Shown one piece after another: positions 44,765 through 55,434 of a DNA stretch of 64,000 nucleotides. Made by a program: the position numbers and the translations under genes. Position 1 is the stretch's first letter. Every line of letters starts with the position of its first letter. Origin of the DNA: an uncultured Candidatus Rokubacteria bacterium (lineage in GTDB: Bacteria; Methylomirabilota; Methylomirabilia; Rokubacteriales; CSP1-6); assembly GCA_963789955.1 (NCBI GenBank), contig CAWBMV010000037.1:416001-480000 (forward strand). Reading direction: 5' to 3'. The notes under the pieces were generated by a model that saw only the letters and a list, made by a program, of their open reading frames with translations, was not told where the DNA came from and did no database searches.

Positions 44765-45919
44765 ATGCGCCGCGTCGCCGTGATCGGGGTCGGAGTGACG
44801 AAATTCGGGCTGCACGACCGCACCTCGGCCGAGCTTTTCGCCGAGGCCGCGCGCGACGCGCTGACAGACGCCGGCGTGCCCGCGAGCGCCGTCCAGGCCC
44901 TCTACTACGGCAACGTGGTGGGCGGCGAGACCGAGCATCAGCTCCACACCGGGCCTCAGGCGGCCTCCGTCCTGGGCATCCCGACGGTGCCCACGACCCG
45001 CTTCGAGACCGCGTGCGCGAGCTCGCACGCCGCGTTCCGTCACGCCGTGATGGAGATCGCCGCGGGGGTCTCGGACGTCATCCTGGTCGGCGGTGCCGAG
45101 CGCGTGCTGAATGTCTCCACGGCCGAGTCGACCGAGTACTTCGCGTACGCATCCGACGCGGTGTGGGAGCAGCCGCTCGGTCTGACCTTCCCCGGCGTCT
45201 TCGCCCTGATCGCCCGGGCGCACATGCAGAAGTACGGCACGACCGAGGCCCAGATGGCCGCGGTCGCCGTGAAGAACCACCGGCACGGCGCGCTGAACCC
45301 GAAGGCGCAGTTCCAGAAGCCGATCACGATCGAGCAAGTCCTGAAATCCGCCTACGTCGCCGACCCGCTCAAGCTCTACGACTGCTGCCCGTTCTCCGAC
45401 GGCGGCGCGGCGGTGGTCCTCGCCTCCGAGGAGGTCGCGCGCAAGCATCGCAAGCCCGTGTGGGTGCTCGGCTCCGCGGCCGCGTCGGACTGGATGCTGC
45501 TCGGAGACAAGCGCGATCTCTCGCGCGTGCCGGCGACCGAGCGCGCCGCGGCCGCGGCGTACCGGCAGGCCGGGATCGGCCCGTCCGACGTGGACGTCGT
45601 CGAGCTGCACGACTGCTTCACGATCGCCGAGATCGTGGCCACGGAAGGGCTCGGCCTCTTCGAGGCGGGCGCCGGCGGCCGCGCGGCCGAGAAGGGCCTC
45701 ACGGGTCTCGGCGGGGAGATTCCGGTGAACCCGTCGGGCGGGCTGAAGGCCAAAGGCCATCCGATCGGCGCGACCGGCGCCGCGCAGGTGGCGGAGATCG
45801 TGACCCAGCTCCGCGGAGAGGCCGGGCCGCGCCAGGTCGAGGGCGCGCGCAAGGGGCTCACCCACACGCTCGGCGGCAACACCGCGACGGTCCTGGTGAG
45901 CCTCTTCGGCCGTGACTGA
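44765..45919 (+). CDS. Thiolase (SCP2/archaeal-type)
   Basis: ETACASS, SDG.AA, ELHDCFTIAE, NPSGGLKAKGHPIGATG, HTLGG. Confidence 0.92.
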   Translation: MRRVAVIGVGVTKFGLHDRTSAELFAEAARDALTDAGVPASAVQALYYGNVVGGETEHQLHTGPQAASVLGIPTVPTTRFETACASSHAAFRHAVMEIAAGVSDVILVGGAERVLNVSTAESTEYFAYASDAVWEQPLGLTFPGVFALIARAHMQKYGTTEAQMAAVAVKNHRHGALNPKAQFQKPITIEQVLKSAYVADPLKLYDCCPFSDGGAAVVLASEEVARKHRKPVWVLGSAAASDWMLLGDKRDLSRVPATERAAAAAYRQAGIGPSDVDVVELHDCFTIAEIVATEGLGLFEAGAGGRAAEKGLTGLGGEIPVNPSGGLKAKGHPIGATGAAQVAEIVTQLRGEAGPRQVEGARKGLTHTLGGNTATVLVSLFGRD

Positions 45920-46295
45920 GCCGACCATCACCGCCCGCGCGTTCTTCGAGAAGGCGCGCGGAGGACAGCTCACCGCCATTCGCTGCGGCGCGTGCGGCGA
46001 GCTTGCGATGCCCCCCAAGGAGCTGTGCCCGAACTGCCACGCGCATCAGTGGCAGCCGGTGACCCTCGCCGGCGACGGGACGATCGCGAGCTTCACGGTG
46101 ATCCGTGTCGCGCCCCGGGCGCACGCGGCCGACGTGCCCTATGGCGTGGCGGTCGTGCGGTTGAAAGAGGGCGTGTCCATCCTCGGCCGGATCGTCGACA
46201 TTCCGCTCGACCAGCTCACCGTCGGCTTGCCCGTCCGGTTTCGTCCGCTCATCGCGAAGGACCTGACGACGTCGGTCGGCTTCGGGCCTGTCTAG
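45912..46295 (+). CDS. DUF35 Zn-ribbon/OB-fold protein (thiolase partner)
   Basis: RCGACG...PP...CPNC, GTI.SFTV, PY..AVV.L.EG. Confidence 0.9.
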   Translation: MTEPTITARAFFEKARGGQLTAIRCGACGELAMPPKELCPNCHAHQWQPVTLAGDGTIASFTVIRVAPRAHAADVPYGVAVVRLKEGVSILGRIVDIPLDQLTVGLPVRFRPLIAKDLTTSVGFGPV

Positions 46296-46296
46296 C

Positions 46297-47169
46297 TCAC
46301 GCCTTCTTGGCGTTGCGCGAGTCGAAGTCGGGCCAGAAGCTCCTGACGAAGCGCTCCGCGGTGCCGCCGACCAGACGCTCGCGCACCGATTCGCCGAGGC
46401 CGGCCCGGTCCAAGGTCTGGTAGATCTCCTCGAGCGTGCCGGAGCCCGCGGGATGGTCGGTGCCGAACATGATCCGCTCGCTATGGGGCCCGATACCCTC
46501 GAGGAGCAGACGCTTCTCGGTGTCGTACTCCTTGAGAACGTAGCGCCGGTCCCAGAAGCTCGAGAAGACGTTGGTCATCTCGAGCCACACGTTGTCGTAG
46601 CGCTCGACGATCCGCCAGGCATCGTCGAACCGCGGGAAGAGCGAGTGGGCGAAGACGACTGGTAACGTCGGAAACAACCGCGCGATCTCCTCCATCGTCT
46701 CCGGCGGCAGGCTCAGACCGTAGAACTCTTCGTAGCCCGTGTGGAAGACGACCGGCCGCCGCCAGCGAGCCAGCCGCTCGTAGGCCGGCATCATCCGCGG
46801 ATCCAGCGGATCGAACGACTGGATGAACGGGTGGAACTTGAAGCCGAGAAACCCGTACTCGCCGAGACACCGCTCGACGATCGCGCCCTTGTCCTGGTCG
46901 GCGGCGTTGAGCCCGCCGAACGGAATGATCCACGGGTAGCGCTGGTGCAGCTCGAAGTTGAACCGGTTCACCGGCTCGGTCTCGTCGTCGCGAATCGGAT
47001 AGACGAGATTGAAGATGTAGTCGACCGGGATCGTGTCGTAGTAGGCGATGCACTGCTCGAGCGTCACGCTGCGCGGAATCGGGTGCTCCGGGTAGAACCC
47101 GTGCATCCACTTCATGAGCCCCGCCAGCCGCCGGCGGGGCAAGAGATGCACGTGGCAGTCGATGAGCAC
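46297..47169 (-). CDS. Amidohydrolase family protein (Amidohydro_2)
   Basis: IDCHVH, GFKFHP, VFHTG, VFAH, IMFGTDHP. Confidence 0.88.
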   Translation of the reverse strand: MLIDCHVHLLPRRRLAGLMKWMHGFYPEHPIPRSVTLEQCIAYYDTIPVDYIFNLVYPIRDDETEPVNRFNFELHQRYPWIIPFGGLNAADQDKGAIVERCLGEYGFLGFKFHPFIQSFDPLDPRMMPAYERLARWRRPVVFHTGYEEFYGLSLPPETMEEIARLFPTLPVVFAHSLFPRFDDAWRIVERYDNVWLEMTNVFSSFWDRRYVLKEYDTEKRLLLEGIGPHSERIMFGTDHPAGSGTLEEIYQTLDRAGLGESVRERLVGGTAERFVRSFWPDFDSRNAKKA

Positions 47170-47209
47170 GGCTAGGCGAGCTCGAGGAGGCCCGCGGCGA
47201 CGACGGGCA

Positions 47210-47965
47210 TCAGACGGTGGAGTAGCCGCCGCTCACGCTGATCGTCTGCCCGGTGACCCAGCCCGCGAGATCGGAAGCGAGGAACGCGACCAGCGGCGCG
47301 ACGTCCTCGGGCTTGCCGAGGCGGCGGATCGGATAGAACGCGAGGATCCGCTCGCGGTTCTTCGCGATCCACTCCTGGTCGGAGTGCGAGGTCTCGATCC
47401 AGCCGAGCGCGAGGGAGTTCACGGTGATGTTCTGGCGGCCGAGCTCCTTCGCGAGCGTCCGCGTGAGGGACAGCACCGCGCCGCGCGCGCCGGCCGACAC
47501 GCCGAGACGCTGCTGGCCCACGCGCGCCGAGTCGCCGACGATGCTGATGATGCGACCGCCCTTCTGGGCCGCCAGCTTCGGCGCGGCCGCGTGGCAGACG
47601 TTGAAGACGCCGTAGAGGTCGACGTCCACCTGGCGCTTCCACTCTTCGGGCTTCGTCTCGAGAAACAGCTTCGCCTCGACGTAGCCCGCGTTGTTGACGA
47701 CGACGTCGAGACGGCCCAGCTCGGCGACGATGCGGTCGATCATCCGGCCGACGGCGGCGTAGTCGGCCACGTCGGCCTGATAGGCCACCGCGCGACCGCC
47801 CAGCTTCGCGATCTCCGCCACGAGGGATTCGGCGTCGGCCTTCGAGTGCATGTAGTTGACGGCGACGGCGGCGCCTTCGCGAGCCAGGGTCAAGGAGATC
47901 TCGCGGCCGACGTCCCGCCCGCCCCCGGTGACCAGCGCGACCTTCCCGGCGAGCCCGAGATTCAT
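47210..47965 (-). CDS. SDR oxidoreductase lacking the canonical YxxxK
   Basis: VTGGGRDVG, VNNAG, R.G.PED, TGQTISVSGG; SAGAR at the YxxxK position. Confidence 0.88.
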   Translation of the reverse strand: MNLGLAGKVALVTGGGRDVGREISLTLAREGAAVAVNYMHSKADAESLVAEIAKLGGRAVAYQADVADYAAVGRMIDRIVAELGRLDVVVNNAGYVEAKLFLETKPEEWKRQVDVDLYGVFNVCHAAAPKLAAQKGGRIISIVGDSARVGQQRLGVSAGARGAVLSLTRTLAKELGRQNITVNSLALGWIETSHSDQEWIAKNRERILAFYPIRRLGKPEDVAPLVAFLASDLAGWVTGQTISVSGGYSTV

Positions 47966-50330
47966 CGCTTCGCTCCCGGGGCGCCCCCGAGGAGCCGGAA
48001 GAGTCGATCGGGGCTGACCGGCAGCTCGGCGACCTCGATCCCCAGCGGCGACAGGGCGTCCGCGATCGCGTTGGCGATGGCCGCGGGGGCGCCGATGGTC
48101 CCGCCCTCGCCCATGCCGCGGAATCCCCCGAGCGTGACCGGTGACGGCGTCTCCAGATGGTGCACTTCCATCATCGGAACCTCGCACGCCGAGGGCACGA
48201 CGTAGTCCATCAACGTGCCGCTGAGGAGCTGGCCGTGGTCGTCGTAGACGATCTCCTCCAGGAGCGCGGCGCCGATGCCCTGCGCGACGCCGCCGTGAAC
48301 CTGACCGTCCACGATGAGCGGGTTGACCATGCGGCCGCAGTCCTCGACGACGACGTAGCGCAGGGTCTTCACCTCGCAGGTGGCGCGATCCACCTCGACC
48401 ACCGCCACGTGCGTCGCGTTCGAGGCGGTGCCGTAGTACGGATCGTAGAACTTCGTCGCCTCCAGCCCCGGCTCGAGCCCCTTCGGGAGCTGGCGCGCAC
48501 CCGAGTAGGCCGCGCGGGCGATCTGCCGGACCGCCACGCTCCGGTCGCGCATCCCGCGCACGGAGTATCGGCCGTCGACCACCGTGACGTCGGCCGGGTC
48601 GGCTTCGAGCAGATGACCGGCGATCAGCACCATCTTCTCGCGGATCGCTCGGCCGGCGAGGATGGCGGCGCCGCCGGCCAGCACGAGACTGCGGCTCGCG
48701 TAGGTGCCGGTCCCGTAGGGCGAGATCTCCGTATCGCCGTGGAGCACGCGCACGTCCTCGATCGGCACGCCGACTTCGTCCGCCACGATCTGCGCCAGGG
48801 TCGTCTCGAGGCCCTGGCCGTGCGAGGCGACGCCGAACACCGCGGTGACCTTGCCCGCGGGGTCGAAGCGGATCGTCGCCGCCTCGGTCCCGGTCGAGAC
48901 GGGCATGCCCGGCGACACCGGGATCGCGGAGCCGATGCCGGTGAGCTCGACATACGACGCGACACCGATCCCGAGCCAGCGCCCGTCGGCCCGCGCGCGC
49001 GCTTGCTCGTCGCGGGCGGCCTTGTAGTCGAGGGCCTCGCGTGCCTTCACGAGCGAGCCGGTGAAGCTCGACTGTGTCCCACACGATCCCCGACGGGGAC
49101 TTGTAGGGAAAGTCTTCGTCCCGGATGAAATTGCGGAGCCGGATCTCGGTCGGATCGATCCCGAGCCGGCGCGCGGCTCGATCCATCAGGCCCTCGATCA
49201 CGAACACGGCGGGCGGCCGCCCGACGCCACGGTACGGCCCGAGCGGCGCCTTGCAGGTCGCCACGCCGCGCGTCCGCCCCCGATAGGTCGGTACCTTGTA
49301 GGGCCCGGGCAGGAAGCTGATCGTCTGCACCGGCTCGATGGCAGCGGTCCACGGATAGATCGAGTAGGCGCCGACGTCGGCGGTGACCTGCGCGCGAAGC
49401 CCGACGATGGTGCCGTCCGCGTTCAGGCCGAGCTCGGCGTCGACGATCTCGTCCCAGGCGTGCGTGGTCGAGAGCAGGTCCTCGCGGCGATCGCCGATCC
49501 ACTTCACCGGGCGCCCGAGTCGTCGCGCCATCACGCACGTGGCGATCTCCTCGGGGTAGAGCGAAGCCTTGGCGCCGAAGCCGCCGCCCACGTCGTTCGC
49601 GATCACGCGGATCTGGTGCTCCGGCATGCTCAGCAGGTCGGTCAAGATGTCGCGCACGAGACCGGGGCACTGCGCGGACGACCGCAGGGTGAGCGTCTGG
49701 CTGCCGGTCGCGTAGTCCGCGAGGCAGCCGCGGTTTTCCATGCAGACCGGCGTGTGCCGGTGGAAACGAAACCGCTCGCGCACGACGAGCGCCGCGCCGG
49801 CCAGCGCGCCGTCGACGTCACCGCGGGCGAACTCGCGGCTCACGAGCAAGTTCGTCCCGGCGTCCTCGTGCAGCACCGGGCTCGCCGGATCGAGCGCCTC
49901 GTCGGTGTTCTTCACGACCGGCAGCGGCTCGAACTCCACGACGATGTGCTCGACGGCGTCCTCGGCCACGTAGCGGCTCTCGGCCGCGACCATCACGATC
50001 GCCTCACCCACGTGACGCACCTTGCCGAGGGCCAGCGGCGGAAAGCTCGTGGTCTTGACGCTCGGCGTCTTGGACTCGGCGCGCACCGGTTTCGCCGCGC
50101 GCGCGATGTCCTCGCCGGTCAGCACCGCCGCGACGCCGGGCAGCGCGAGCGCCGCCGACGCGATCGATGCGCACGAGGCGGGCGTGGGCGTGCGGCGAGC
50201 GGAGGAAGGCCGCGTAGAGCATCTGCGGCGGACGGTGGTCGTCGACGTAGCTGCCCTGCCCGGTCAGAAGACGGGGATCTTCGCGCCGCGCCACGCGGGC
50301 GCCGACGAGCCGCGGCAGGTTCACTCCCAC
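47962..50330 (-). CDS. Xanthine dehydrogenase/CoxL-like molybdopterin large subunit, two frameshifts
   Basis: [48 protein letters not shown]. Confidence 0.92.
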
Positions 50331-50345
50331 GAGCTCTCTCCGAAC

Positions 50346-50828
50346 CTAGCGCCCGGAGGCGAGGATGGGCGCGGCGGCCCGGACCGCGTTGACGATCCCC
50401 TGATAGCCGGTGCAGCGGCAGAGGACGGCCGAGATGCCCTCGCGGATCTCGCGATCGGTGGGCGACGGGTTCGTGCGCAGGAGGTCGAGCGCGGTCATCA
50501 GCATGCCCGGCGTGCAGAAGCCGCATTGCAGCCCGTGATGGTCGCGGAAGGCCTCCTGCAGCGGGTGGAGCTTGCCGTCGCGCATGAGCCCCTCGACGGT
50601 GGCGAGCTCGGCGCCGTCGGCCTGGACGGCGAGCATGATGCACGAGCGCGCCGCCTCGCCGTTGAACATGATCGTGCACGCCCCGCAGATCCCGTGCTCG
50701 CACCCGACGTGCGTGCCGGTGAGTCCGAGGTCCTCGCGGATGAAGTCGACCAGCAGCTTGCGCGGCTCGCAGCGCCCCTCGTGGGCGACGCCGTTCACTT
50801 TCAAGCGGACCGTCACCATGTCAGCCAC
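50346..50828 (-). CDS. 2Fe-2S small subunit (CoxS-like)
   Basis: GCEHGICGACT, LQCGFCTPG, LCRCTGY. Confidence 0.95.
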   Translation of the reverse strand: MADMVTVRLKVNGVAHEGRCEPRKLLVDFIREDLGLTGTHVGCEHGICGACTIMFNGEAARSCIMLAVQADGAELATVEGLMRDGKLHPLQEAFRDHHGLQCGFCTPGMLMTALDLLRTNPSPTDREIREGISAVLCRCTGYQGIVNAVRAAAPILASGR

Positions 50829-51687
50829 GCGCGACTCCGATCGCCCTCGTGAGGGCGCGCTTCGTGAGCACTCCAGTGAGGTGACGCCGATAGTCGGCCG
50901 AGGCGTGAATGTCGGCGTCGGGATCGACGAGCTCGGTGGCCTTCCGCGCCGCCGCCTCGATCGCCGCCTCGCCCAGCCCCTCGCGCTCCAGAATCTCTTC
51001 GGCGGCGCGTAACCGCACCGGCACGGGCCCGGCCCCGGCGGTGGCGAGACGCGCCAGCTTGCAGCGTTGCCCTTCGCGCACGACCATCGCCGCGATGCCG
51101 ACGATCGCAAAATCGCCGTGGCGTCGCGCGAACTCCTCGAGCGCGTAGCCGGCGCCGGCCGGCATCGCGGGCAGCCGCACCTCGGTGAGGATCTCGTCGG
51201 GCGCCAGATTCGTCGTGAGATACGTCTGGAAGAGATCGGCCGCGCGGATCACCCGCTCGCCCTTGGCGCCGCGCGCCACCACTTCCCCGTCGAGCGCCGC
51301 CAGCACCGCCGGGTATTCGGCCGACGGATCGGCGTGGGCGATCGAGCCGCCGATGGTGCCGCGCGTGCGAATCGGCAGGTGCCCGACCCAGCGCGTGGCC
51401 TCTTTCAGGAGCGGCACCCGCTGGGCGACGACCGGTGAGAACTCGATCGTCCGCTGCCGGGTCATCGCGCCGAAGCGAACCTGGCCGTTCTCCTCGCGGA
51501 TGTAGGCGAGCGACGCGATCCGGTTCAGGTCGACGAGCGCGGCCGGGCGCGCTAGTCGGAAGTTGAGCAGCGGCATCAGGCTCTGGCCGCCGGCCAACAC
51601 CTTGGCGTCGCCGCCGTAACGGCCCAGCGCCGCGAGCGCCTCGTCGAGGCTCGCCGGAGCGTGGTACTCGAACTTGGGTGGTTTCAT
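50821..51687 (-). CDS. FAD-binding medium subunit (CoxM-like)
   Basis: MKPPKFEY, LAGGQSL, RGTIGGS.AHADP.AE, RRHGDFA. Confidence 0.93.
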   Translation of the reverse strand: MKPPKFEYHAPASLDEALAALGRYGGDAKVLAGGQSLMPLLNFRLARPAALVDLNRIASLAYIREENGQVRFGAMTRQRTIEFSPVVAQRVPLLKEATRWVGHLPIRTRGTIGGSIAHADPSAEYPAVLAALDGEVVARGAKGERVIRAADLFQTYLTTNLAPDEILTEVRLPAMPAGAGYALEEFARRHGDFAIVGIAAMVVREGQRCKLARLATAGAGPVPVRLRAAEEILEREGLGEAAIEAAARKATELVDPDADIHASADYRRHLTGVLTKRALTRAIGVARG

Positions 51688-51895
51688 TGTAGCGGGGTCC
51701 TCGAGGTCGGCTTGGACCGAGGGTGGCCTGAGAGAGGTGCGAGTGGCTCCGACACGCCCGTTCTCCCGTCGCACTCCGAGTTGTGGCTCCGACACGCCCG
51801 TTCTGACGGTTGCGTTTCGAGTCGTGGCTCCGACACGCTCGTTCTCACCGTCGCACTCCGAGTTGCGGCTCCGACACGCCGTTCTCACCGTTGGC
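51685..51895 (-). repeat. Third copy of the dispersed repeat end, fused to four ~40-41 bp tandem repeats
   Basis: cattgtagcggggtcctcgaggtcggcttggaccgagggtggcctgaga, then g(t/c)ggctccgacacgc..gttct at 51743, 51783, 51824, 51865. Confidence 0.9.
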
Positions 51896-54320
51896 GTGCG
51901 GCTTGGCGACGTGCCCGATCCATTGCTGTCCAGAGCTTCGATGGGGTCATGGGCAGCTCGTTGATCCGGATGCCGAGCGGCGCGAGCGCGTCGCTGACGG
52001 CGTTCGCGATGACCGCCGGAACCGTCATCGACGAGGATTCGCCCAGTCCCTTCGAGCCGAGCGGCGTCAGCGGAGACGGCGAGACGATGTGCGCGATGTC
52101 GATCTGCGGCGCCTCGCTCGCGGTCGGGACGAGATAGTCCATGAACGTTCCGGTCAGGAACTGACCGTGCTCGTCGTAGGCGAGCTCTTCGTAGAGCGCG
52201 CCGCCGAGCCCGTGGAGCGCGCCGCCGTAGATCTGTCCCTCGGCGATCATCGGGTTGATGATCGTGCCCGCGTCGTGCACGGTCACGTAGCGCAGGATCG
52301 TGATCGCCGCCGTCTCGGGATCGACCTCCACGGCCATCACCTCGGCGATGAAGCCGTACGTGTTGGACGAGTTCACGCGGTCCTCGGCGTCGACGGCCTT
52401 CGCGACCGTGAAGCCGAACACCGCCGTCGCCTGGAGGGCGGGCTCCATCCCGTCCGGCAGCGACTCGGTGTTCCAGTGTGCGCGGCCGGCCAGGTCCTTG
52501 ATGGAATAGGACGGCCCCTTTCCGGTCCGCGGTCGCACGGCGCCGTCCCGGAACTCGAGCGAGGCGGCCGGCAGCTCCATCAGGTGCGCGCCGTATTCCA
52601 CGAGCTTCGCCTTGAGCTTGCGGGCGGCCAGCGCGACGGCACTCGTCCCGACCGAGCCGAACCGGCTCGAGTAGGTGCCCGACGAGATCGACCACACGCG
52701 CGTGAACGTGTCCATCTCGTCGACGACGGTGACGTCCTGCGGCGCGAGCCCGAGCTCGTCGGCGACGATCTGCGACACCACCGTCTGGTGGCCCTGGCCC
52801 TGAGGCGTCGTGCCCAGGATCGCGATGACCCGGCCGAGAGGATCGATCTTGATCGTGGCCGCGTCCACGGCGCCCGACTTCGGCAGATACTCGGGCTTCG
52901 CGCGGAACTGCGGGTCGAGCGCGGTCGCGACGTAGCCCATGTTCGACACCGAGGGGTCGACGGCCAGCGCGAGCCCGATGCCGACGTAGCGGCCCGCGGC
53001 GCGCGCCTTCGCCTGCTCGCGACGAAGCTCGTCGTAGCGCGCCAGCTCCAGCGCCTTGTCGAAGACGGCTGGATAATCGCCGCTGTCGTACAGCCCGCCG
53101 GTCGGCGTGCGATAGGGAAACTGATCGGGCTGCACGAGGTTGCGGCGCCTCACTTCGACCGGATCGAGGCCGAGCCGGTCGGCGAGCCGGTCCATCATGC
53201 CCTCGGTCTCGAAGTAGAGGTGACCGCACGCGTAGCCGCGGTTCGGCCCGGTCAGGCTCTTGTTGGTCATGACCACCGAGGCGTCGACTTCGAGATTCTG
53301 AAAGCGGTAGGGCCCGACGAAGTTCCCGGTCGGACGGAAGCTGCAGCCGGGCTCCGGGCTGCGGATGTAGCCGCCGACATTGTCGAGCCACTTGAACCGC
53401 ATCCCGAGGATCGTGCCGTCCTTGCGCGCCGCCACCTCGCGGTAGGCCACGCGATCCGTCCCGCTCGACGACGCCAGCAGATGCTCGCGCCGGTCCTCGA
53501 TCCACTTGACCGGCACCCCGAGCCGCATCGCGGCGAGCGCGATCAGGGCGATGTAGGGGTAGATCGACGACTTGATACCGAACGAGCCGCCGATGTCGGT
53601 CGGCACGATGAAGCGCAGCTTGTTCTCGGCGAGACCGAGGACCCGCGCGGTCAGCGGGTGCATGATGAACGGCCCCATGAAGTTCGACCACACCGTGCAC
53701 ACGCCGTCGATCGGATCCCAGCGCGCGATGACGCCGTAGGTCTCGATCGGCGTCGAGCCGTACTTCGGAAACGCGAAGCGCTCGGTCAGGACCACGTCGG
53801 CCTCGCGGAAGGCGCGGTCGGGCTCGCCGTAGACGAGCCGGCGGTGACCCGCCAGGTTCGAGCCGACGGCCTGATGCAGAACGGGTGCCGAGGCGTCGAG
53901 CGCGCGCTCGGGATCGACGACCACGGGGAGCGGATCGTAGTCCACCCGGACGAGATCGGCGGCGTCCTCGGCCACGTAGCGGTTCTTGGCCACGACCACT
54001 GCCACCGGCTCGCCGACGAACCGCACGCGGTCCGTCGCCGCGCAGTAGTAGTGGATCGGCGCGGTCACGCCGACCGAGAAGGGCTTGGTGTACCGGGCGA
54101 CGTCCGCGCCGGTGAGAGCGCCGTCCACGCCGTCCAGCGCCAGCGCCTCGGACAGATCGTAGCCGCGGATCGCCGCGTGAGGCAGCGGCGAGCGCACGAT
54201 CGCCGCGTGGCGCACGTTGCCGACCGGCGGGTGGTCGTCGATGTAGGTTCCGCGCCCGGTGAGGAGCCGCGCGTCCTCGACGCGCTTGACCGACTTCCCG
54301 ATCCAGCGAGCCTCGCTCAC
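51885..54320 (-). CDS. Second molybdopterin large subunit, HmfA (2-furoyl-CoA dehydrogenase)-like subfamily
   Basis: KRVEDARLLTG, GGSFGIK, SNFMGPF.MHP, PNRGYA, YDSGDY, GQGHQT, KGLGE; GTG start at 54320. Confidence 0.88.
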   Translation of the reverse strand: MSEARWIGKSVKRVEDARLLTGRGTYIDDHPPVGNVRHAAIVRSPLPHAAIRGYDLSEALALDGVDGALTGADVARYTKPFSVGVTAPIHYYCAATDRVRFVGEPVAVVVAKNRYVAEDAADLVRVDYDPLPVVVDPERALDASAPVLHQAVGSNLAGHRRLVYGEPDRAFREADVVLTERFAFPKYGSTPIETYGVIARWDPIDGVCTVWSNFMGPFIMHPLTARVLGLAENKLRFIVPTDIGGSFGIKSSIYPYIALIALAAMRLGVPVKWIEDRREHLLASSSGTDRVAYREVAARKDGTILGMRFKWLDNVGGYIRSPEPGCSFRPTGNFVGPYRFQNLEVDASVVMTNKSLTGPNRGYACGHLYFETEGMMDRLADRLGLDPVEVRRRNLVQPDQFPYRTPTGGLYDSGDYPAVFDKALELARYDELRREQAKARAAGRYVGIGLALAVDPSVSNMGYVATALDPQFRAKPEYLPKSGAVDAATIKIDPLGRVIAILGTTPQGQGHQTVVSQIVADELGLAPQDVTVVDEMDTFTRVWSISSGTYSSRFGSVGTSAVALAARKLKAKLVEYGAHLMELPAASLEFRDGAVRPRTGKGPSYSIKDLAGRAHWNTESLPDGMEPALQATAVFGFTVAKAVDAEDRVNSSNTYGFIAEVMAVEVDPETAAITILRYVTVHDAGTIINPMIAEGQIYGGALHGLGGALYEELAYDEHGQFLTGTFMDYLVPTASEAPQIDIAHIVSPSPLTPLGSKGLGESSSMTVPAVIANAVSDALAPLGIRINELPMTPSKLWTAMDRARRQAARQR

Positions 54321-55406
54321 TATGACCCGGCGAGCACGAACGGCACGTTGGCGTTCTTCGCGACCGCGCGCAGCTGATCCATGAGGTCGTCCGGAATCGG
54401 CACCCCCTGCTCGAGCCGCTCCTTCTTGTTCGCCCGCTCCGGATCGCCCGCGACCAGCACCGGCTGATTGGCGTCCACTCGCTTGGCGTTGTGCAGCACG
54501 TCGATCACCTGGTCGAGATCTTCTTCGAACTCGCCCTCCGCGCGAAACGCGCGCGGATCGATCGCCATGAAGAAGTGACCGATGTTGTGCGGGTCGGACG
54601 TCTTCTGCGTCTGGTTGCGGATCGGCGAGAACGAGGCGCCGGCGAGCGTGCCGGCCAGCACGTGCACCATCACCGCGAGCCCATAGCCCTTGTGGCTGCC
54701 CGCCTCGCGCGAGCCGCCGAGCGGGCGTGATGCCGCCGTCGCGATCGCTGACGTGCTGGAAGCCCTTCGCCGAGTCGGTCACGGTCTTGCCGTCGCCGTC
54801 GACGACCCAGCCCGCCGGCAGCGGCTTGTGGTTGAGCTTGTACACCCGGACTTTTCCCGCGGCGACCGTCGTCGTCGCCATGTCGAGCTCGAACGGCGCG
54901 TTGCGCTTCGCCGGGGCCGCGAACGCGAGTGGATTCGTGCCCATGACCGGCTCGGCGCCGAACGTGGGCACCATGGTGACGCCGCGGGTGGCCGAGGTCA
55001 CCATGCCGATCACGCCGCGATCGGCGGCGATGCGCGCATAGCACCCGGCGGCGCCGAAGTGGTGCGAGTTGAACACCGCGACGACGCCGACGCCGACCGT
55101 GAGGCACTTGTCGACCGCGAGATTCATCCCGTGGGCGGCGGCCGGGTGGCCGAGCGAGGCGTCGGCGTCGATGAGCGCCATCGCCGCCGTCTCGCGCACC
55201 TTCTTGAAGCTCGGGCGCATGTTGAGGCGCCCGTTGCGAAACTCCTGGTCGTAGGTCGGCAGCATCCCGATGCCGTGCGAGTCGACGCCTCGCAGATCGG
55301 TCTCCACCATCATGTCGGCGGTGGTGTCGGCGTGGGCCTCCGACATCCCCCACGCCCGGAAGACGGACACGAGCTGACGGTGAATCTGCTGGGCGGGAAC
55401 TCGCAT
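54320..55406 (-). CDS. Ldh_2-family (malate/sulfolactate/ureidoglycolate-type) dehydrogenase, frameshift near 54725
   Basis: DLRGVDSHG, NSHHFGAAG, GTNPLA, LDMATT.VA.GK, HKGYGL. Confidence 0.9.
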
Positions 55407-55434
55407 GGCCCGTTCTCCGAGTCGCGCTGACCGT

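Noticed and set aside
51743..51895. Possible CRISPR mini-array (22-bp repeat plus ~19-bp spacer)
   Set aside because: Spacers are too short and related to one another, repeats are degenerate, and there are no cas genes or AT-rich leader; it is a tandem repeat
47962..54320. Aerobic CO dehydrogenase (coxMSL)
   Set aside because: Neither large subunit has the form I AYxCSFR loop and no coxDEFG genes are present
51885..55406. 1173-aa Ldh_2/Mo-subunit fusion in the ORF track
   Set aside because: The Ldh C-terminus lies in another frame (54320-54673) with its own stop; the join is a frameshift artefact
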